A stretch of DNA of 64,000 bases from Paraphysomonas bandaiensis (taxonomy: Eukaryota; Protista; Chrysophyceae). The stretch spans positions 372,001 to 436,000 of the forward strand of contig CBFFRP010000150.1 of NCBI GenBank assembly GCA_965644295.1, read 5' to 3'. Shown piece after piece: positions 26,987 to 38,739 of the stretch. Both the position numbers and the translations under genes were made by a program. Position 1 is the stretch's first letter; each line of letters begins with the position of its first letter. The notes beneath the pieces are model-generated. The model was not told the origin of the DNA, searched no databases, and saw only the letters and a program-made list of their open reading frames with translations.

Positions 26987-29191
26987 CTAGCGCCTATATC
27001 GGTGTCTCTTGAAGTTGAAGTACAACTGAAGTACACCCCTCTCAAATATACATTTGAACCCTGTCTTTTTGCCAATTTCCCATTCCTGGTTAAGAATTTT
27101 GAACGCTATATCTTCATATGGTGGGCCTGCGTGGAAACGAATAATAGCAAACTCAGGTTCGTCAGCAGCCTCCAAGTAGTACTTCGGAGTTTGAGTTTTA
27201 TCGATCAGATCAGGATAAAATATGTTAAATTTATATCCCTGGATGGTCTTTGGTGGAGGGTTATCGTGATCATAGTGGGTCGTGTTGTATTTGTTCCAAT
27301 CATAACCCGTTTTTACACGATTAAAGTACCGAGGCTTTCTAGGGCGGTACTTATCTTGCCACCAATAGGTGCCATGTGATACTGCCACCTCATCCCTAAC
27401 CAGCATCTGTTCCTCCATCTCTTCCAACCCCTTTTCTTCTTCTCTTTTCTGGAGAGATATAGCATCCGCAGACGAGTCCTGCTCGCTGGTACTAGAGCAT
27501 GTAGCAGTATCCATCCCTTTCCACCTAGCCTCGTCACTGGCTCGCAACTGCTGCGGTTCAGACGACGAGGCTGAGCCTCCAGGAGGGCTAATAAACCGAA
27601 AGTCTTCACCTTCTCGAGGTCGTTTTTTGGACAGCCGAGAGTCTTCTTGGTTTTCTCTCTCCTTCGCCTATCAACATGGAGTGAACAGTGGTTCATGTAA
27701 CAAATTCAAAATATACCTTCGCTGCTTCCGCCTTGAGAATAGAAAGAGCTTCAATCTGCTTGTCCAGAAGATCACGATGGGTCTCTCTGATTACCGCTCT
27801 GTGGTACTCAAGGGTGGTTTCCCTCTCCATCTGTTCCCAGTATTCCACATCGCTCCGTCGACCCTCCCGAATACTTTTCCTGATGTCATCCCGCATACGC
27901 AACAGATCAGAAGAACTTTTGCCTGTTGATGATTCAGTCAATACAAAGTATAAAGTGATAAATATTAAGTGTGAATCATAATGACTACGTTTTCGTAAGA
28001 CATTATTATTTTCCATGACCTGTCTCGAGAAACATCTCACACTCTTACCTCTGAAAGTTTGCTTAACATCTTCCATAACGGCTTTGTGAAGTGATTGCTC
28101 ACGTCGATTTTTTCTTCTTCGCTCCGCGCACACAAGCTCATGCAGCGACTCCCAGAATTTAACATAAGGACCCCCTTTGCGCTTCTCAACATCAAGATAA
28201 GTCTCACTATCGTCCATTAGCTCCACAAGATCAGCATCACTCAGCCCATCCAACAGACTCAATGGATCAGCCATTTCCATGTCTAAGTTTGCAAGACTAA
28301 TTCCCATATCCCGTTGTTCCTTCACGCAAAAATCAGTTGTCAGACGCATGCAATCCGTAATCACTACGGTTGGACAGATTCTTACTGTTACATCGATTGA
28401 CGTACTCACACAGCTACTACACACATATATATAAATGTCATGCAACTCACCTTGTCAGTTGAAAATGCCGACTCCACCAACAGAATATTTTGAGCTAGCA
28501 GATCAATTGGTTTTTCCCGCTTCTCAATTAAACGTATCTTACTCCTAACTCTCGTTTGATTCATATGAAACTCTTCCTCTTTCGTCTCCCAATCTACATA
28601 CTGAGCTGCTTCACGCAATCTCATTTCTTCGGCACGTAAGCGTTCCATTTCTTCTAATTCTGCTTCTCGTTCAGCTCGTCGTTTACGTACACGATCAATA
28701 TCTTGTATAAGGGATAATCTCGCTTGTTCAGAGTCCTCTTCTACTTTCCCTACATAATAATACACTCACACTGTATTATACCATACACAGTAAATCGTCA
28801 CCTAGTTGCTTATCTTTCTCTTTCTTCTTTCCCCATACGAATGGTTGTAATAAATTAGAATCTCCGAATGGATTTGTTTCATTGGAATATCCGAACATTT
28901 TAGCCACCTAAATAATATAATAATGATACACTATCTACAGCATAAACACGATCAAATGAAGCATACTGTATGGCGTATGAGCATAGAGTCTAGTGTATGG
29001 AGTATAGAGTATGGAGTATGACAGTAGATAGCGTAAAGTCTCATACTTTTTCTGCTTTCTTTCTTGCTCGTCGTTTCTCTCTTTGATCTGGATCCTCATC
29101 TCTGTGTTTATGTTTACTTCTGCAGTGTGTATATGCATCATCTCGTGCTGGATTATATCTGACGTAGTTTCACTTACTTGTCTTTACCCAT
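26987..29191 (-). CDS. CACTIN: cactin (spliceosome C* factor), multi-exon
   Basis: FGYSNETNPFGDSNLLQPFVWGKK, WETKEEEFHMNQTRVRSKIRLIEKREKPIDLLA, and the C-terminal KYRPRKPRYFNRVKTGYDWNKYN...FNFKRHRYRR. Confidence 0.95.
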
Positions 29192-29292
29192 AATGCTCTA
29201 TGTCCTCTCTATCGACTGATATTATAGTTTGATTGCCTACTATCCCTCTATCACTGTGCTGATGTATATATACTGACAGACTCAGCTCTCTC

Positions 29293-29795
29293 TGTATGTA
29301 TGTATGTATGTATGTATGTATGTATGTATGTATGTATGTATGTATGTATGTATGTATGTATGTATGTATGTATGTATGTATGTATGTATGTATGTATGTA
29401 TGTATGTATGTATGTATGTATGTATGTATGTATGTATGTATGTATGTATGTATGTATGTATGTATGTATGTATGTATGTATGTATGTATGTATGTATGTA
29501 TGTATGTATGTATGTATGTATGTATGTATGTATGTATGTATGTATGTATGTATGTATGTATGTATGTATGTATGTATGTATGTATGTATGTATGTATGTA
29601 TGTATGTATGTATGTATGTATGTATGTATGTATGTATGTATGTATGTATGTATGTATGTATGTATGTATGTATGTATGTATGTATGTATGTATGTATGTA
29701 TGTATGTATGTATGTATGTATGTATGTATGTATGTATGTATGTATGTATGTATGTATGTATGTATGTATGTATGTATGTATGTATATGTATGTAT
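29293..29795. repeat. (TATG)n microsatellite, about 500 bp, nearly perfect
   Basis: Directly visible. Confidence 0.99.
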
Positions 29796-30182
29796 GGACT
29801 CCTCCATCCACACTCCAACTCAATGTGTGTATACATGTACATACAGCAGCAGTGCAGTCATATGCATCAGTACATATCATCTTCGGAGTTTTCAATACAA
29901 AAATTCTAGAATTATTCAATCCCCGTATTAAAACGCCGTTTTTTAGCTTTCTTCTGTATTCATTTTCCCTACTTTACTTTGTATTCTCTTCTCCGGCCAG
30001 CTCTATCCACTAGGATCTGATCTCATCTGATCTAGATGTCACAGAGTGTCATGTACATATAAAGTATCCCTTTATTCCCTTCAAGTCATAATCGACTCAA
30101 CACTTGACCCCATACAGAGTCATCTCATATCAATCATGTCAGTAATACACTCACATTTCAATGACTTCAGCTCTGAATTAAC

Positions 30183-31724
30183 ATGGACACATCCAACACG
30201 ACAGATGCTATGCCGAAGGAACAGAATTCAGCCCATGAGGCGGGCATCTCTACCTTCCTCTCTACTGCTATCAAGTATATCGTATCGTCTGGGTTAACTT
30301 TGACCTATGTGGTGTACTTGATGTGGGGGATATGGACCAATCAGGCTGTCTTGCCAGGCCCCCCAATTGCCCACTTCATAATTTTCTGCTTCTGTCTGAC
30401 TTTGGTTGCCTATCTCGAAGGACTACAAGTGGCAATTCTGGCCGTAGAGCACACGGATGCAAGACCTAAAAAAATGACCCACCCACGAGCTTTCAAGCTC
30501 ATTTCCAGCATCAAGCAAGGCAACAATGTGGAGAAATTTTTGATTGGTCGACAGTTTTTCACTATCTTCGTCTTCACTCTTATGGCACAGGTAACGAGTT
30601 TCCCCAACATATCACGGCTTGGAATCCCATCAGTAATCTGGTTTATTTTCATTCAAACTGGCCTACCTGGTGCCATGGTTGCGACTACGATTGGGTCCCT
30701 CCAGCCACAGCTTCTTGCTGCGAAGGATCCGTGGAAATTTTTGGATCTTTATGGTTCGTGCTCCGTTTTGTATCTATGTTATGGTCTTGAGTTTACGGGG
30801 ATATGTACACATTTCGCCTGGATGCTGATCACACTACTCCGAAACACAGCATTCAAAACTGAACAAAAGCCCAAATCCCATGCCATTGACGACACGCCTC
30901 AGAGGATGCTTGTAGAAGGTCTTAAATATGTCACGTCTACGTGCATCATCGGCACATATTTAGTATACATAATGTGGGGTATATGGACGGGCCAAGCTCT
31001 CTTGCCGGTGCCACATATTGCTGTATTTCTTGTGTACTGCATTTGCATCGTGTTTCTTGCCTACCTCGAGGGCCTGCAGGTGGCCATTCTCGTAGCTGAA
31101 AATTACGACATTGTTCAATACAGCGTCACTTATCCTAATGCAGTGGCGCTCATGCAAAGGGCAAACTTTCAAAAAAACGTTCGGAGGTTTCTCATTGGAA
31201 GGCAGTTCTTTGTCATTTTTGTGGTGTTTCTAATCAACCAGTGTACCATTTTCCCAAACATTTCCCAACTCGGTATCAATAGCGGCGTATGGTTTACCTT
31301 CATTCAGCTGGGCTTTCCCACAGCTCTTAATGTTCTCTCATTTGCCCAGCTTCCCGCCCAGCTACTTGGTAACCAAGACCCTATGCTGTTCATGAATAGA
31401 CCTGGTGCACGCTTCACTTTAGAAGTTTGCCTTTTCACTGAAATGACCGGTTTGGCTCATTTCAGCTGGGTGAGCGCAGCTATCTCGAAGGCCACATGGT
31501 TTCGTATATCTGCTGATGCGAAATCAGATAAGCTCGCTGCTGTATCTGCACGAAGCAATCAATCTTCCGGAAGGGCTGAAATGCAAACCAAGGGATCTGA
31601 CGTGACGGTAACTGACGAGGAGGTGGCATTTTCATCTACTGAAAGAGCTGAAGGGCGAGGAGACATCAGTCACCATATCATCACCTTAAGCTCTGATGAA
31701 ATAGCTCCTGCAACTGAAGAGTAA
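30183..31724 (+). CDS. SIT: silicon transporter (SIT family; two 5-TM repeats), intronless
   Basis: Paired EGxQ and GRQ motifs occur in each half (AYLEGLQVAIL...FLIGRQFF twice). There are about 10 hydrophobic segments. Confidence 0.93.
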   Translation: MDTSNTTDAMPKEQNSAHEAGISTFLSTAIKYIVSSGLTLTYVVYLMWGIWTNQAVLPGPPIAHFIIFCFCLTLVAYLEGLQVAILAVEHTDARPKKMTHPRAFKLISSIKQGNNVEKFLIGRQFFTIFVFTLMAQVTSFPNISRLGIPSVIWFIFIQTGLPGAMVATTIGSLQPQLLAAKDPWKFLDLYGSCSVLYLCYGLEFTGICTHFAWMLITLLRNTAFKTEQKPKSHAIDDTPQRMLVEGLKYVTSTCIIGTYLVYIMWGIWTGQALLPVPHIAVFLVYCICIVFLAYLEGLQVAILVAENYDIVQYSVTYPNAVALMQRANFQKNVRRFLIGRQFFVIFVVFLINQCTIFPNISQLGINSGVWFTFIQLGFPTALNVLSFAQLPAQLLGNQDPMLFMNRPGARFTLEVCLFTEMTGLAHFSWVSAAISKATWFRISADAKSDKLAAVSARSNQSSGRAEMQTKGSDVTVTDEEVAFSSTERAEGRGDISHHIITLSSDEIAPATEE

Positions 31725-31964
31725 GCTCTTTTAGCCGCAGAATATAATCGAAATTCGGAAGGCTCCGTTTTTCGTCGGTACTCTGTAGAAGTTTTTTTTC
31801 GCATAGAAGTCGTATCATATTTGCCGATTGCAGTGTAGTGTCTCTTAGATCTGACGGTACATTATGTAAATCGGCGTTAAGTACTGTTGTAATAGAAAAA
31901 TGTATTTTTTCTAAATGAGTAACAATCGATATTTCTGAAAGATGACGATTTCGTTGCGGATATT

Positions 31965-32442
31965 GAAAGTCTTTTATTTAGCAATAGGCGTTAAAAAGCT
32001 GCACCGATTTAGTTGCTAGATGAATGCTAGACATACTAGTTTGACCTCTACCTGTAATTAATCAGTACACACTTTTTTATCTTACTATTTAACGCTACGA
32101 AAGCTGCTTGTGCGTCGCCGCAAGCACCAAGGTGCAACCACTTCCGCTCTGAGTTCTTAAGGTGAACATCCCGGATGCTTGACTTCAGCAGGCAGCCCAA
32201 TACCCCGGTTACCCTTCAGGTGGGCCCATTTGCGGATGCCTGTTTATTCGTCAGGGCCCAAAGGCGTCTACACAAGTGACACTTATTGGTGTCCCTTGTA
32301 CCACACAAGCATTCGGCTATGAGTAGGCAGAAGAATATCTGCTGACTATGTTTGCGGCTCACGTTAGTTTCCCAGAGAGAATCTCTCCGGTACTTATCCC
32401 CCAGAACACCACGAAAAGGTGCGAGTCCGACTTTGTTGAGGG
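31965..32442 (+). repeat. dispersed repeat family A, best-preserved copy
   Basis: Shares blocks with 25680-26322, 49455-49880, 58585-58785 and 59140-59305. Confidence 0.8.
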
Positions 32443-32976
32443 GAAAAAGAAACTCGTGTTCTAGCGAGTGATAGTTGAATGTAACGCAAAGACTTGAATA
32501 TGCACGCCTACGGGCCTGAATTCGTTCACTTACGTAAAAAGTAGTAGTAGCTATCCAACATATGAATTAAGTCACTTGTAAATTCATTAGTCATATTATT
32601 TATTCTTTTATTCTACTGTAGTATATGTAGACAGCAAGGTTACTTCTCAATTAATTATTATTGAAACTGACACAGCCAATTCAGTTAATTGGGACAGCAA
32701 GCAATAATTGACTACAACATGCGCCAATTAGTTGGTACGCAGTACACAGCAGGGCTGCAACAATTAATTACATGAAACATACATAATAATTGCAATTATA
32801 ATTGCTCGCTGTAAGGTTGCAATTAAATTGCAATTAATTGGCAATTATTTACTATATTATGTAGTAGGACATGATATTAGTATTAGAAGTTGGAAAACAT
32901 TAAGGTCAATAGAGCCATTTATTGCCCTTGTAATGGCCATCACCCTTAATGGCTATTATAACTTGCTATCCTTGTA

Positions 32977-33405
32977 GTGGATGCGGACATAGTTATGAAT
33001 CAGACTTTCGAAAATGCTGTTGCGAAAGTCCAAAGCGGATTGGAGGACACTCTCACTCGACCTGAGAAGGCGCAGGTCCAACGTTTCTTGTTGGACAGAA
33101 CTGATGAAGAAGAGGAAAAAGAAGATGATGGTGTCGACTCACTGGCGAGAAGACACCAAGCGCACCAAGAACAAAAGCGACTACGCACTACAAAACCAAC
33201 TAAGTACCGCTGCTTGAAGCATATTTACTCTACTATTAATTGTGTAAAAAGGCTTTTCAGTAGATCAAAAATTAACATGGGTGATCTGCGCAAATCTATG
33301 GCACCTCATCGATTAGAGGCCCTTATGTTCTTGCGCTTTAATAGATTTCTGTGGAATGCAAGTACGGTTGAAGATGCTATACTTGTGCTTGTAACGAGTA
33401 ACTAA
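32977..33405 (+). mobile_element. hAT-like transposase C-terminal (dimerisation) remnant
   Basis: STINCVKRLFSRSK...RKSMAPHRLEALMFLRFNR resembles the hATC consensus S..ERxFS...R..L....LE.L. It is flanked by CAATTAATTG-rich repeats and CAGGGC-starting ends. Confidence 0.7.
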
Positions 33406-33563
33406 GTTAATTAGACTATAATTGGCACAATTAAATTGTAATTATAATTGCGCAAGCTATAGCTAATAATATTTTCTTCGTATATTATAGTTCTTTATTA
33501 TAATGTCTATTTTATAATTATAAAAGAAAGTGCTTTGCTTCAGGGCCTGGTATCCATTAATGG

Positions 33564-33670
33564 CAGGGCTGCGTATCAATTAATAGTCAATTCATTGACG
33601 CATGTTGTAGTCAATCATTATTGCAATTATTACCTTTCAATATTTGACAATTAATTGATACGCAGCTCTG
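33564..33670. mobile_element. 107-bp hAT-type MITE
   Basis: TIRs CAGGGCTGCGTATCAATTAA / TTAATTGATACGCAGCTCTG (1 mismatch). Flanks ATTAATGG / GCTAATGG resemble a degenerate 8-bp TSD. Confidence 0.7.
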
Positions 33671-34167
33671 GCTAATGGTAATGCATAAGAATGCCATTAC
33701 AATTGCCGGGAACTGGACTACCATAAATGGTTTCTAGGCGGCACTGCTTTGTATAATGTTGTACAATAGTTACTAACTAGCTATCAGAGCGGAAAGTAGA
33801 GAAGCTTCACGACTCTTTGCGAGTTTTCTCAACATTTGAAGTAGAAAAACAGCTTTGAATTTTAAAAGGTGAATCTATTGCCACGAATATATGGCAAAGT
33901 ACAAATGCTAACTATGTAACATTTATAGATTAAAGGCAGAGCGAACTATGAAAAGTAAAAACTAGGATTATGAATTCTATTTGACACGACTAAATTGCGT
34001 CAAGCACATGGCGTAACGTGCGTAGCATACGTTAACTGATGCAAATAATCGACTAAAGTAGCTCGACCAAAACATAGCCACTGACTATAAGTTTTTAGTG
34101 CATAACAATGCAGAGCAAATTCAACAAAAAGTGTCTCTTATTTTTACCAGAGAAGCATACTTCAAAG

Positions 34168-34776
34168 TTAAGCAACAATGGTGGAAGCAGTAGCGGACTC
34201 GTACTTCCAGTTGGATGGGAGTTTCTTGGAGAGGCGGTAGTAACGAGCAAGTCTGTGTAAATGACTAAGACTGTTATACCAAAAAAACGAATAAACACAC
34301 CTGTGAATTCTGCTCTCAATGAGGATAAGTCTAAACTTGGAGTCCTTGTCCTTGCGGTTGCGGTCAAGGTGCTTGCGAACTGCGACAGCCTTCTTGATCA
34401 ACATATAAAGATCCTCAGGAATCTCTGGGGCAAGACCTGATCAGTAGAAATATAAGTCACACCTATAAATATGAAATTAAAAAGTACCCACCAGCCCTCT
34501 TGAGAATACGAAGAATCTTGCTGCCAGTGACGCTCTTGACCTGAGCGATTCCATTGGAGTCACGAAGAATGACACCAATCTATAGATAGAGTAACTTATA
34601 AGCCTACAATAACAAACAAAACTACACACCTGAGAAGGAGTAAGACCCTTCTTTGCAAGCTTGCAGACATGCTCCTCAACCTGGCTGGGGGTGGCCTTCA
34701 ACCAGGAAGGAGGAGAGCGCTTGTAGGGCAAAGCAGACTTGCTAATACCCTTTCCATTAGAATGCATACGACCCAT
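34168..34776 (-). CDS. RPS13: 40S ribosomal protein S13 (uS15), 4 exons
   Basis: [56 protein letters not shown] and WKYESATAS. Confidence 0.98.
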
Positions 34777-35353
34777 CTATAGTAAACAAATTAAAAATAC
34801 AACAGAAAAATGATTCACAGTCACACCTTTGCTGATAACTATGCAATAACAAGAGACTACCAACTTTGTTGTATTGTTTCTCAGTAATAAGTCTCTCTCT
34901 ACATATATATACATACATCCACTGCAGTCTCTTGTGTTCACTGAAACACCACCACTCCATGATATCTTCAAAGAACACTTTCAGTTTTTACTTTCAGTTT
35001 TCGAACAATTTTGTAATTGTTTTTTCAATGGCAATTTTTTTATACTGCGTTTTGTTCCGTCAAAGTGTGTTGTTGGCAAAAATCGTCGCAACAATATCTT
35101 AACAAGTACGTACAGCTGTACGTACATATCAGCATAGTCTTGTTTTTTTTATTGATTTTATGTAAAATATGCTGAAAATTTGAGTAAAATATCTAACACT
35201 TAACCAGCATATGCTGCTGTCAGTGTTGTTGATATCCAACAAACGCTATTGACTTGACTTTAGACTTGATACTATCATTCCTTTTTGCGAAGGAAGTTTT
35301 AGATCAAATCAGCCTTCTATATCGGCTATATTGCTGTGATAGAAAACTGCAAC

Positions 35354-36070
35354 ATGGATGAACCAGAGGAAGAGTTTGATCTTCATGTGAAATTACTGAT
35401 GTTAGGTGATACAGGTGTGGGTAAAACATGCTTACTTCTTAAGTATGTGCAAAATTCATTCTCTCCAACATTTATCACTACAATTGGTATCGATTTCAAA
35501 ATAAAAATTATTAATATCGGAGATATGAAGGTGAAATTACAGATATGGGACACAGGTACATCGCGTAAGTTATCGTGTGTTATCCCGTTATATAGTATAT
35601 GTAGCTGGCCAAGAAAGATTTCGAACTATAACTGTGTCGTATTTCAAAGGAGCTCATGCGATTATGCTTGTCTATGATGTTACTGATAGAGATACATTCG
35701 ACAATATAAAGAACTGGGTGATGGAGATCAAGGAATATGCCGACCCCAAAGTGCAGATTTTATTAGTAGGAAACAAGTGCGACTGTGAAGCAGACCGAGC
35801 TGTGTCATACGAAGAAGGAGCAGCACTTGCCGCTTCAATTAGAACGAATTTTTTTGAAGTTTCTGCGAAAGAGAACATTAGAGTTGCTGAGGCGTATGAA
35901 GATATTGCAAGTACCACTAAGATTGCGTACGTCGAAATTTTTAGATGTTATATTCGTTAATGTACTTTCACACACCTAGGTTAACGGAAACTATTCGTCA
36001 AGCAACAGTATCAGATTCTATTCAATTGAAGGAAGGCTCCAACTCCTCTGGCTCTGGGTGTGCCTGTTAG
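35354..36070 (+). CDS. Rab GTPase (Rab8/Sec4-like), 3 exons, C-terminal CAC prenylation motif
   Basis: GDTGVGKT, FITTIGIDFKIK, WDT/AGQERFRTIT, GNKCD, EVSAK. The last exon ends SGSGCAC*. Confidence 0.93.
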
Positions 36071-36577
36071 AACCAGCTGTTCGGTGCTCACAACCCATTT
36101 CGTTTACGCATAACGCATAAGTATATATTATTGTACTTGTTTTCGGCAGCTAGGTAGTACTATGGCAACTTATATCACTACCGTACTCCACTATTCACTA
36201 AGATGCTGTAACTAAATTAGCGATATTTTTATAAGCGGATGTACATGATATATGTTGTCTACGTTCTACCACGGTCTTGGACCATGATGTTTTTCAAGTT
36301 TGAAGTATAGAAATTAAAAATCAAGATATCCCACTCAGAATACACAAGGTACAACTCTACGCCGTAGGAATCTACTTCGTTGAACTCTTTTGCTAGCAAC
36401 TCCAGTAGTAATCACTACTAGAAATTTGACATATATACGAAACAATACAAGCATTCGTGTTTTGAACTTTTCAAGATACGAACTATTAGCGCTGAAAGTA
36501 TACAGAGAAATTATATTACTTAAAACCACATATATATACACTCTACTATACATCACTGATCAGATATCTACAACATT

Positions 36578-37218
36578 TTAATTCCATGTGTGCTCATGAG
36601 GTAAACCTACACATTCTCCTTTCACATTCAAAACAGAGTTATGGGAAGGAACAGAAACCTCTAGCACAGTCGCTCCTGGGAGGGACCGATGACTGCCAAA
36701 TTCTAAAACAGCGTTCTGCTTCATCAATAAGTTTACTACTTGTGTCGCCTCCGCTGCTTTAGCCATATACAATGGAGTTATTCCAGATATAGTAACTGCA
36801 TTTATATCTGCCCCAAAATTAATCAATACCATGACGCATTCGAAATCATTATTTCGACAGGCAATATGCAACGGGGTAAAACCATTCGTATCACGGGTAT
36901 CTATTGGGGCCCCATTCATTATTACTTCCTCTAATACCCATGCGTTTTGAAGAGTCACCGCAGAAAGGACCTGTCTATCTGCTGCATGACAGGACACATC
37001 TCGTAGCATCTTTTCATGCCCAAATCGACGACTATCAAATGAATGTTAGATTTATCTAGACTGATATATGGTCAGAATAAATACCTTGATACAGGCAGAG
37101 GGTGTTTGAATATTGGTTGAGGTCGGAGTTGTTTAGGAGTAGTCTTCTTCTTAATGGGCTCTCCTCGAAACACTCGTTTCATTAGATCCAAATCATCTTC
37201 AGTGTATTCTTCTGACAT
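36578..37218 (-). CDS. small ankyrin-repeat protein, 2 exons
   Basis: Ankyrin motifs DTNGFTPLHIAC and GADINAVTISGITPLYMA. The upstream exon MSEEYTEDD... is joined by a GT-AG intron at about 37034-37085. Confidence 0.8.
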
Positions 37219-37684
37219 TATGATGAATTAAGGATGCAAGTAGTGAGAAGTTAATGAGTGATAGCAGCACAGAATATATACATATAGCAACTGCTTCGTA
37301 TGTATGTGTTAGCTACAGTACGTTAAAGTATGCGACTGACTGTTGGGGCAGTACAGCTACACAGTATACAGTAAATATACACTGTATACTTTCTGTATAT
37401 CTATATATAGACCGTTTCATTGTTGTATACACTATGCATGTATATGTATGTATATGTATATATACAGCTCCATTACATGCACATACACATACATACACAG
37501 ATATTTATGCAGATGCAGGGAGTGCTTTAGCTAAAGCTTATATAAAGTAACAGATAATCTTTCCACTTGTGGTACCTCCAAAAGCTATCCAGTCAAGAAA
37601 ATATAGCAAGAGTGTATCCCATTTCTTCTTACAAACTCGCTGTTAGCACTGATTTACACCTAGAAAGTATTCTAATATTATATT

Positions 37685-38198
37685 ATGGTGTGTTTCAAAT
37701 GTATTACTTTGTATCTCTGATGTAATTAATGTATTTGACAGAGTGAAGTTGAGGAAACAATCGAGAGAATTAAAGTTCAACCAGGAGTTGAAGGATATGT
37801 CATTTGTAATAAGCAAGGGCAAGTGCTTCGCCGCTTTCCAACAATGACACAAGAGACTGCTGAACAGTATTCTGAAGCTATGATGAGCTTAGCGTCACAG
37901 GCTCGAAGTGTTGTGAGAGACCTCAATCCCAAGGTAAACATTCCCTAGCTGCAGGTGCTTTGTAAATGTTGAAATGTAACAGAATGAGCTGAAGTACCTT
38001 CGTGTCCGAGCCAAGAGACATGAAATTATGGTCGCATTTGGTAAATATTATACTTATTATAGTTAATATGTATAACTTGATTTTAGATGTGCAATTCATT
38101 GTCATTGTGATACAGCGATGGACTTCGGCAGGTATAAGATGTGTATTTTCGATCATTACTTGTAAAACATGTCCTAGGTGAGCGGACTTCGGCTTAAG
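37685..38198 (+). CDS. DYNLRB: dynein light chain roadblock (LC7), multi-exon; not in the ORF track
   Basis: ATG, intron, then SEVEETIERIKVQPGVEGYVICNKQG...ARSVVRDLNPK / NELKYLRVRAKRHEIMVAF / DVQFIVIVIQ. The 3' end is uncertain. Confidence 0.92.
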
Positions 38199-38739
38199 AC
38201 CCTGTAGAGATATGGAAGATGCTGCTTGTTGTAATTATTTTATGCGTTACTGTTGGCGAGAATACACATTGTCGTAGCTATTACAATAATAATTGAAGTA
38301 TACGATTTGACTTTTTCTTTGCTTGTGCATTGGATTGTGGCACGTGTTCTTCTATTTTGCTGGTAGGCATGTCGTTCATTATTCGTTTATACTTTATACG
38401 CTTATACTCACATTGGCCCCATGTACGTGCTCCATTCTGAGCGCGCACTTAGGTATTATTATTATTTATATTTTACTAGCAAGTACCTGTGGTTGTAGAA
38501 ACCAGGACAAGTCAATTAAGCGCACGCTTTTCATTGACGAGATCCATATCAAACTGCTCCATTCTGAGCGCGTACTTAGGTAGATCCGGGTGGGTACCTA
38601 ACGAGTACTTGACTACGTCCCATACGTTATTTGCTAGCTACCTACTGAACCCAAATAGCTGCATCATTATCACACTGTATTTAGCGCTGAATATGCGGTG
38701 AGAACCCGGGTGGGGAAGCGCAGAACTAAGCAATGTGTA

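Noticed and set aside
29184-30013. Long ORFs of YIHT/MYVC repeats
   Set aside because: They are translations of the (TATG)n microsatellite, which has no stop codons in any frame. Not genes.
22673-31724. Functional cluster of H+-PPase and SIT (silica deposition vesicle acidification)
   Set aside because: The genes are separated by cactin and repeats. Proximity in a eukaryotic genome is not evidence of co-function.
32225-32265. Hammerhead ribozyme core (CTGACGA on the minus strand) in repeat family A
   Set aside because: No following stem II and GAAA was found, and the motif is not conserved in other copies.
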